From Octopus vulgaris (taxonomy: Eukaryota), in the NCBI GenBank assembly GCA_951406725.2, contig OX597819.1, positions 105,772,001 to 105,836,000 of the forward strand: a stretch of DNA of 64,000 nt, given 5' to 3'. The notes under the pieces were generated by a model that was not told the DNA's origin, ran no database searches, and saw only the letters and a program-made list of their open reading frames with translations. Within the stretch, counting starts at the first letter, position 1. The number at the start of each line of letters is the position of its first letter. Below are positions 54,246 through 64,000 of the stretch, piece after piece. Both the position numbers and the translations under genes were made by a program.

Positions 54246-54961
54246 AACAGCAGGAGTACCACCAGCACCACCAGCACCACCAACACCAGCACCAGCACCA
54301 CTACCAACACCACCACCTCCACAACAGCACCGCAAGCACCAGCACTACCAACACAGCACTACCAACACAGCAACACCACCACTACCGCCACGATAACGAC
54401 GACGACGACGACTACCACCACCACCACCACCACCACCACCACCACCACCATCCCAAATGACCTTACAAGAGCTTTGTAGAGTGTCAAAAATTGTTTAAGA
54501 CAGAAGTGTTTGGGTCGGTGAGTGTAATTGTGCAAAATAGTTAATAATCTGTGAGGGGGCATGGACTGGTGGATAGGAAATTGCACCCATGATCGCGGGA
54601 TCGTAGTTTCATTTCCTGCCCCGTGTGGAACGACGTGATCTTGAGCAAAATACTCCGTCTTACGTTGCTCTGCAATCATTTCGATTCTACACGTGAGGTA
54701 CACCGTCCACCTGTTCAGGCAACATCACTTTGATTACTATAAACAAGTCATCTGTGCAGGTTATTCAAAAATAAATAGCAGAACCGTCTTTCTCCGACTA
54801 CGAGAGACGAGCATCATCAATCCATTACCTAATAGGCTATCACCGAATGAGTTTACCTTTCAGAAAGCCCTACCATATAGCCTATTCTCATTCTTCCCAA
54901 CTCATCGATTCGGTTCGACAAGTACTTTAATATCATGCAATACTTAATAAATGAATAAAAA

Positions 54962-55204
54962 TAAATGCGCCCTTTTAAAGCCTAGCCAGGCTCATAGGCC
55001 CGGTTTCCCGGTTTCAGTGGCGTATGTGTTCCCCAGCTGGACGGGACACAAGTCCATCGCAGCATTACTCATTTTTGCCAGCTGAGTGGACTGGAGCAAC
55101 ATGAAATGAAGTGTTTTGCTCAAGAACACAACGGTACATAAATCGAAACCACAATCTTACGATCATGATGCTGACACCCTAACCACTAAGCCACGCGCCT
55201 CCAC
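54962..55204 (-). mobile_element. SINE, family C-related
   Basis: Minus-strand head gtggaggcgcgtggcttagtggttagggtg; core gttcttgagcaaaacacttcatttc. Confidence 0.75.
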
Positions 55205-56414
55205 GCAATACTTTATACTCATTGAAAATTAATGCAACAAACTGGGTCATATATAATTTTCATGCTGAATGTGGCGTGCATTGGCGATCGAACCAGCAAC
55301 CATGTAGCTGCAAATCGAACTTGTTAACTACTCAAGCCTTCATGCTTCAGTATATTTTTGTACTTGGTATTTAGCAGAGATAATATAAGAGCAGTATTAG
55401 TTTTTCTCACAACATAGATTCTGATAAACAAGCAGACAATACGAGCGTTTATGAAAATGTCATCTTCTACTGGAGGCAAACTAGTAAAAAACATCTCAAC
55501 GTTGTTTAAACAAAACACTCTTTTAAATGACAGTTTGTATCGTGTCATATAAAATATAATGGATATTCTGAAGAAGTAATAAAAAGCCCCAAACAAATTT
55601 GGCGGTCGTGTTTTTTTTTGTTATACATTTTATGAAAAGGCAACAGGATGTCTCGCACCATGTCTTATTCAGCTTTCCAAGAATGACGATGCTCTCAGAC
55701 AATTATACTCAAACAACCATTTCTTTTATACGAAATATAGTTGGTTTAATTTCCTCTGGGTGTAGATGAGAAACAGAATGAGCAGAATGTATATTTTTAT
55801 GTTCATTTCTTGCAACTGTCTCGATTAATATCCCTCAGGAGAAAAACAAACAAACCAAGAACCAAAAACCAAAACAAAACACATGAATACACAATAAAAA
55901 GTGCAACTGAAAAAGCAAGAAAAGAAAGATAAAACCAGCTACAGAACAATAACGGTTACAGAAATCTATAGAGGTTTAAGCATGTAACTAGAACTCAATT
56001 CAGAAGATGGGATCATGAAATTAAAAATCTGCCGAGTTGTAAAAGTTCAATATCAAATATTGCAATTGATTCGCAAAATAAATACAGTGTTGGACAAAAT
56101 AAGATGAGGTGTTTATTTAGTTACGATCCCTCACGTTATGATTTCTAGTTCTGCCAAGGTTGACTTTACCTTTAACTATCTCGAGGTTGATAAAATGAAA
56201 CAGTAATCTAGTAGAGAGTTCGACACAATCGATTATATCTTTTCCTAGACATATTTGATCTCTTCTCTATATTAATTAACCAGTGTCAAACGTAAGCATG
56301 GTTATGTTTAGGAAGTTTCATTTGCAACTAAACGCAACAGATCCAATCTCGACGCGTAGCATATTGGTTAGCCGTCCTGTATGTATGTCGTTATGCATGT
56401 ACTGATGGATGTAT

Positions 56415-56473
<59 letters not shown>

Positions 56474-58547
56474 GCACATACACACACAATGCACACACAC
56501 ACATACACGCACTTAATAATATACATACATGTATATATGTGATATATGTGTGTATGTATGTGTGTGTATACATAAACACATGTATATATTTAGTTGCGAA
56601 AACTATAATACCTTATACATTCTTCATTGTTTAGGAGTATACGGTACGATTTGAGGGAGATATATTTACTATTTCTACCGAGTCGGTAACTAGTTAGGAA
56701 CTCCAGCATTGGCTCTAAGCATTAAAGGTAAGAGATAGCAAATAAGGGCTAGGATTATTCATTTCCTAAACCAGGCGAGGTCTAAGTTAAATTGCTTTGA
56801 CCAAGAATGGATACAGTAGTGTAGTTCCGGAAGTCAGGATGAGCATACTAAAAGCTGTCACTTGATCTCTCATTTCGTCATCAAATTATATTTTACTGGT
56901 GAACGAGGGAGCATCGATCTATGGTTGTTATGCTTTTTAACTCAGTTCTTTGGTTCCTCAAATCTAAACTGTGGCTACCCATAGTTTGTTGAATGTCAAA
57001 CTTATTAAGAAATACTGAAGAATTAATTTATGGAATGTTTTGGATACTTCTTGAATGAGCAACATATGAAAAGGTAAAATGAGGCATTTATCTCTCGTGT
57101 TCTAAGACTCATAGAACCTGGTTATTCTATTTCCATAGCGTATAACTAACAAAGAACAAATCATTTCCTCTGAAGAGGGCGCCAGCTGGTTCCAAAGTAA
57201 CTCATTTAAGCTGAGTGGGCTGGAGCTACGTAAAATGAAGTGTTTTGTTCAAAACATAAAATCATCTCGGTCCGTGAATCGAAACCCTGTTCTTGCGATC
57301 GTGAGGGTAGCGCCCTAACCACTAGGCCACATGCCTTCCACAAATAAACAAACTACAAGGAGTAATTTTTTGCAGATGGGATCCGAATTAGTTTTCCAAA
57401 ACATTGTAAACGTATATTTGTTAGTTTCTATTTACTACGTTCGACATACAAATCTATACAAGAATCCAATTTTCCCCTCGCGGTAGAATTTTATATAACT
57501 ATACAGATATCTATATGTAAGTACCTTACTTCTGGCAACTGAGTTGACATTAAGTGTGGTGTATCCTGCCATGCGTATCTGATTTGTTTCTTAGTTTCTC
57601 AAGTTTTAGTCGCGAAGAAGAAAAAAAAACTACTTACCTGTTAATTATTCCGAAAATAATTAGATTGATGTGATTGTGAGTAGAAAGACCTATAATAAAT
57701 CTAGAAACACTCATATATCTCTATTTTTCCGTGTACGTGTATTTGTGTATGCATATAAATACACGTACAAGTTGTATGTATGTATGTACGTATGTATGTA
57801 TGTATGTATGTATGTATGTATGTATGTATATGTGTGTGTGTGTTGATACTGGTGTGTAGGTATCTGTGTGTGTGTGTGTGTTGATACTGGTGTGTAGGTA
57901 TGTGTGTATGTACATGTATATCTATATAGTTATGTGAAAACGCCTTCATTAATTATAGGATAGTTCATTATATGCTTAAATGAATCTATGAGAGTTGAAT
58001 TGTTGCTCACTTCTGGATGCACTGATCTTTATAGCTGAAACAGCTGTAAGCCAATGAAAGTAGTTCCGAAACTCGTGTTTGTTTTGTTATTTATTAATTA
58101 ATAATAATGTTCTGTACTTTTATTGTGCTGTAAATAAGAGGTGAGAGGAGAGAATGTCTATTAATTCGTACAACCTCTCAGCTGCAGCTTATGAATACCG
58201 TGTATTATTACTATATCGAGGTCTAACAACCAGTTATTAGTCTCGTTTAATGAACATTTACTCTTATAAAAGGTATTGAGTAATCCTTGAGGTTAAAGTG
58301 AAATGATTTTCATAGTTTTTATATATAAGATGATCTAAAAATATGCAGTAATATATATATATATATATATATATATAATACACTGACACACACAAATATC
58401 AAACACACAAACACGCACGCACACATGCACCCAGACACACACACAAATATGCGCAAACAACAAGCATATAAGCATACAGAGCCTTGTGAGTGGATTTGGT
58501 AGATGGTAATTGAAAGATAATTGAATGCACACACATACACACACACA

Positions 58548-59425
58548 TACAGGGTGTTCGGGTTAAATTTGACAGTTTGCATAAAAATAAAGTATTTTAA
58601 AAAAGTCAAAGAGTACCAACTAAATTGTGACTGGGAAATAACAGTTTACTTAAAGTAGCTGCTCTAAGAGTGCATCACAACGTCAAGACGGGTCCGGAAC
58701 CTGGCGCATCCGTTCCTCATTGTGTCCCTGGGAAGATCTTTGGACATCTTCTTGAGCTTGGTCACCAGATCAGCATTTGTGTAACAGCAGAGCAGTTGGT
58801 GTCTTTTTCAATCTTGCTCAGCACAGTAATCCATAAGAAATTCTCCGACGACCAGTTCTGGCAGTTACCGGAGGTATAGCAAGGACTCGAATCCTGCTGT
58901 CACACATATGACTTTCGACAGGCAAACCTCTCCAGACATGGGGATTGACCATTGTCTCCAACAACTTCACATAGCCACCTAAATTAAGCCTAAGACTCTG
59001 CTCGAAGATATAGGGCTGTATGGCACGACCCTCTTTGGAGAAATACCCAAAGAACATCACAGTTTGAGGAGATTAGTTTTCATGGTACTTGTGGCATCAC
59101 GTGGATTGTAAGGAAGACAGCAGTTGCACTGGCTGTTGCGCAAATGGTCCTAGCAGAAATTTTTTTTTCATCTGAGAACGAGATCATTCCTGGCACAACT
59201 GGAAGACTCATCTTGATCTGTAGCTTCTTTGTCTTTGCCAAGCAGTCATAGAGTGTCAAAATTTGCCCATTGTATCTCTTCTACGAATGGGAGCCAAAGT
59301 CCTCATTCAGGGCCAGTTACATGGTGGCAACTCCAACGCTCATTTCTTTCTCCAAAACACGGATTCTCTTGCTGGGATCTCCCATCATATTAATCTCACT
59401 TTGTTGGGCGGACCCAACAACTTTA
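58548..59425 (-). mobile_element. Decayed Tc1/mariner-like transposon
   Basis: Terminus ta|cagggtgttc; minus frames FSDEK, MMFFGYFSKEG..GYVKLLETMV and a QQDS-type motif. Confidence 0.6.
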
Positions 59426-60331
59426 AACATACACAGATACACGTACACGAACACACACCTACACATAATACATACATACATACATACATACATACATACA
59501 TACATGCATGCATACATACATACATACACACACACGCACACACACACACATATATATATATATTCAGATGAATATGATACATAAGTTGAGGCACCAGAAT
59601 TTAGTACGGTATTATCCATACAATTTCAAAGTAAGGTGATTATAATCAAAATAAGCAAAAGAATATCCAGAAGTAATGCAACTCCATTTAATTAAACAAT
59701 GCAATCATTACACCAATTTAAATGTACAGCAATCCTCAGCTGCACAAAGACATAGAATGTAATTAAATTAAAAGAGATGGACACATTAGTATAATTATAC
59801 CTAAAATCTCGAAGAAGTTAAGAAGATAGACAAAGAACATGTTGCCTTCCCTCCAGCATAGAACCTACTCTTATATATATATATATATATATATATATAC
59901 TGAGGGAGAGAGAGGGAGGGAGAGAGAGGGAGGAAAAGAGAGGGAGGGAGGGAAGAAGAGAGAGGGAGAGAAAGAGATCTATGCATGTATTTGTGTTTGT
60001 CGCACACCACCATCTGACAACCGGTGTTGGTTTGTTTACGTTCCTGTAACTGCAGTTCAGCAAAAGAGGCCGATAGAATAAGTACGCGGCGTAAAATAAG
60101 AACTGTAGTGTGGGTGGGTTGGGGGCGTCCGATTAAAACTTTCAAGGCAATGTCCTAACGTTGCCGCAGTTCAATGACTGAAACAAGTAAAAAGTAGAGA
60201 TATATATAATATACATATATACATACAAGTATACGTACGTTCGCGCGCGTACAAATGCACGCATCTATTTAATGCTTTGTGTTATTGGATTGTAACTCTA
60301 TTGGAGGACGACCATCAAGGGATCAGTCGAT

Positions 60332-60401
<70 letters not shown>

Positions 60402-61231
60402 TACTACTACTTATTTTTATCAATACATAAGTTATGGGGGATAAAACTGGACTCGTGCACATGCACACACGTACACACACACACAGAAAATAATAATATA
60501 TGCACACTCATACACAACACACGTATACGGAGTTTCTTCCTCCCGAATTATTTCCAGATTCATTGGTCAACACGAACAAGATAACTGTGGGTTGTACCAT
60601 GAAAATGGCCAAAGGCAAACACAAGAACTTGCACAGCGAACGCCTTCACAATACTATCATACTTATCTTTTCATGAATGCTTCTGTATCTAGGTGAGAAA
60701 AATAGCGAGAAACTTCTGCTCGAGTTTCATACACACTCTGTTGTTTTACGGACGACAAAATCACGCTATAATACAAATGCAGTTTTCAAAAGGATTTCCC
60801 CTTGCCCCACTTGCTTTCAGAAATGAACCACTGATTGTTAAGCATGGTACCTTATATAAATTACATAAATAAACTTACTGCATTAAAAAAACGAAATTAT
60901 CTCTGTTTGTAATTATTTGTATATTAGCATTAAATTACTAGTAGATTCGCCCTGGTTTTGTTGCTATTAGCCTCGCCATCAATTAGAAAGAGTTCTTACA
61001 AAGAAATCAATATATTCCATTAAAATACGAAGCACAGTAACTGCGACAGGCAATAGTCATCGATAATATAAGTTATTGATTCAACCGTGGTACAGTAAGA
61101 GCAGTAAAGCACTCGAGTTCAACACTTAAAAGACTTCAGGGTCAACATAGACATTTATAAATACAATCAACTTAGTATTAGGACATTTGTCAATTGAGGC
61201 CTCTTATAAGATTATGAAATTATTTACGGTG

Positions 61232-61305
<74 letters not shown>

Positions 61306-61355
61306 ACCAAAATTGACCGCTAACTCAACAAGTTTTTAAAAATTCTCTAGTGTTC

Positions 61356-61391
61356 CTTTCTGTTGATCAGCGTAGGCTAGAAACGTAAAAG
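61356..61391 (+). ncRNA. Decayed CUGUNGA hammerhead-like motif in pLTR-like repeat 61340-61482
   Basis: cttt CTGTTGA tc agc-gtag-gct a GAA acgt a aaag; same family as 31953-31990. Confidence 0.45.
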
Positions 61392-61478
61392 ACTTTCTTA
61401 CTCTCCCGAGCATCAAGCTAATACACCTGGTTGTTTTTATACACCTGTCTTCGTCTTTTGTCTTATTCTATAAATTTC

Positions 61479-62303
<825 letters not shown>

Positions 62304-63389
62304 TACCTGCATACGTATGTATCTGATATAAATATAATTTCTATAGGTATATATACATATGATTCAAAAACTAGAATATCTTGATAAGTAGAAAAATAAT
62401 GTGTAAATATTTATTGTAGAATTAAATTTATTCTCAGTTAGTATTCAGAATAAAGCATTCACAGATGACACTATTGTTCACGTAATCGATTACTGATACT
62501 TGAGACATGTTGTTTATTACAAACATATTGAAAACAAAACATAAAAGAAAATTGAAAAGAATATAAACCAAAATGATGTACATGTGAATAAAATAGACAA
62601 AAAACGTTTATACATGAAACTGCTTTCATACAAACATTAGTATATGCGACAATAGCGGCGAAAAGGTACATGCATATACATGCACCTAGGAAGCACAGTT
62701 ACTGCGACTTGTAGGAAAATACATTGCGTGATATATTTGATTTTTGGTAATCAAGAATATCGTCTACTTCCTGTATTTCAAATATTTTTTTTCAGTTGGT
62801 GTTTAACTGTCTACTTGTCATCATATCTGTAAAAATGTGTCCGAGTATGTATCTGTTTATATCTATGTCTATTTGTTACTTTTTCATCGATTCATATATT
62901 CATCTGTTAACTTATTTTTCAGTTTTTACTTAACAACGAGAAAGCACACCAGCGTTGCCCGGGTGTTATAACCTACAGCCATATTTTATTATTTGTTCCT
63001 TTCTTATGGGCAGAATCGGCATACGAGGAGTATCCTGCAAGCAACTATTCTTTATAAACATGTTTTCCGATTATTTTCTGATGAATAATACCGAAATTTT
63101 TGACACCAAAAACATGTAAAATGGCAGCTTAGATTAGAAGGAAATCCTAACATTGCCCCCAAAATGATCTCAACATTGGGCGACCCAGCATCGTTTTGGT
63201 GTCATTTTTCGTAGTAAAATAGGGTTACTGTTAAAAAAACTTACTTTCTACTGGAAGCCGAAAGATTGCTCAATCGTTAGATATCTCATACAGCAATATT
63301 GGCCACTCAGTTTCCTGGCTACAAGTCGGGTAATACAGAAGCTGAAATAGTTCTTACCCGTCGCATAATATTTATTGATAAATGTGAAC

Positions 63390-63477
<88 letters not shown>

Positions 63478-64000
63478 CTTCCCCCAATGAAAAGTCGATG
63501 ATCAAAAGTATAATGGTTTTCTGCAAGCATATTTGTTATCAGTATATATCAATGATGAGGCCAACAGTAGAAAAAAGGGATTCTTTGGGCTGTTTATATA
63601 TGTACATATATAAGGATATGAGTTAAAAGGATTAGTGATGAGGGCAGTTCGACATAAATGTATAGGGACGCTGTGATTCATAAAACTAAATGGGTTATAC
63701 TGGTATGCAGATGTGGGGCAGTAGTAATGGAGCGATGTTGGCTTCATGGCTGCTGAACGGTGAAAGCGTAAGAAATGAAGTAATGTATATTCATAAGTTG
63801 CACGAGAAAAGTATGCAATCGAGACTTAGGGATGTAAAGAAACTGATGCCGAATGAAGACGTAGAAATATCCGTATTGGAGAAAATAAGGTACATGGAAA
63901 TAAAACTGATTCATTGTGACAAAAACCTATCTCTGTAATGTTTGAGCAAATTGCCTTCTTTAGCACATATTCAGTGAAGCTGACAACGCTTCGAAACAAT

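Noticed and set aside
54173-54460. Poly-His/Gln ORF
   Set aside because: Trinucleotide (CAC/CAG/GAC)n tract abutting a LINE remnant; no domain or splice support.
63965-64000. gaagc-tgacaac-gcttc-gaaac hairpin suggestive of an HHR
   Set aside because: No recognisable core, and it is truncated by the window edge.

Overview
AT-rich, microsatellite-dense animal genomic DNA; the repeat landscape suggests a cephalopod (Octopus-like), which is an inference. The only convincing host gene is an uninterrupted 384-aa class A GPCR ORF of the FMRFamide/myosuppressin/sex-peptide-receptor-like group (3530-4684, minus). The other ~59 kb is gene-free: tRNA-type SINEs of about four families, two non-autonomous Helitrons, decayed Tc1/mariner and LINE (RTE, CR1-like) copies, MITE-like palindromes, and Penelope-like elements (PLEs). 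One PLE is young, 5'-truncated and folded back (38.3-40.5 kb), with open RT C-terminal and GIY-YIG frames. The most notable signal is a set of more than a dozen type I hammerhead-ribozyme (HHR) motifs in PLE pseudo-LTRs and in short inverted pLTR-like elements. They use different catalytic cores: canonical C3-G8 (CUGAUGA), compensatory U3-A8 (UUGAAAA), compensatory G3-C8 (GUGAACA), and the variants CUGUNGA and CCGACGA. Most have a self-complementary helix III, as expected for dimeric HHRs. All folds were read by eye and are untested. Repeat boundaries are approximate, and almost all short ORFs in the track are microsatellite artefacts.
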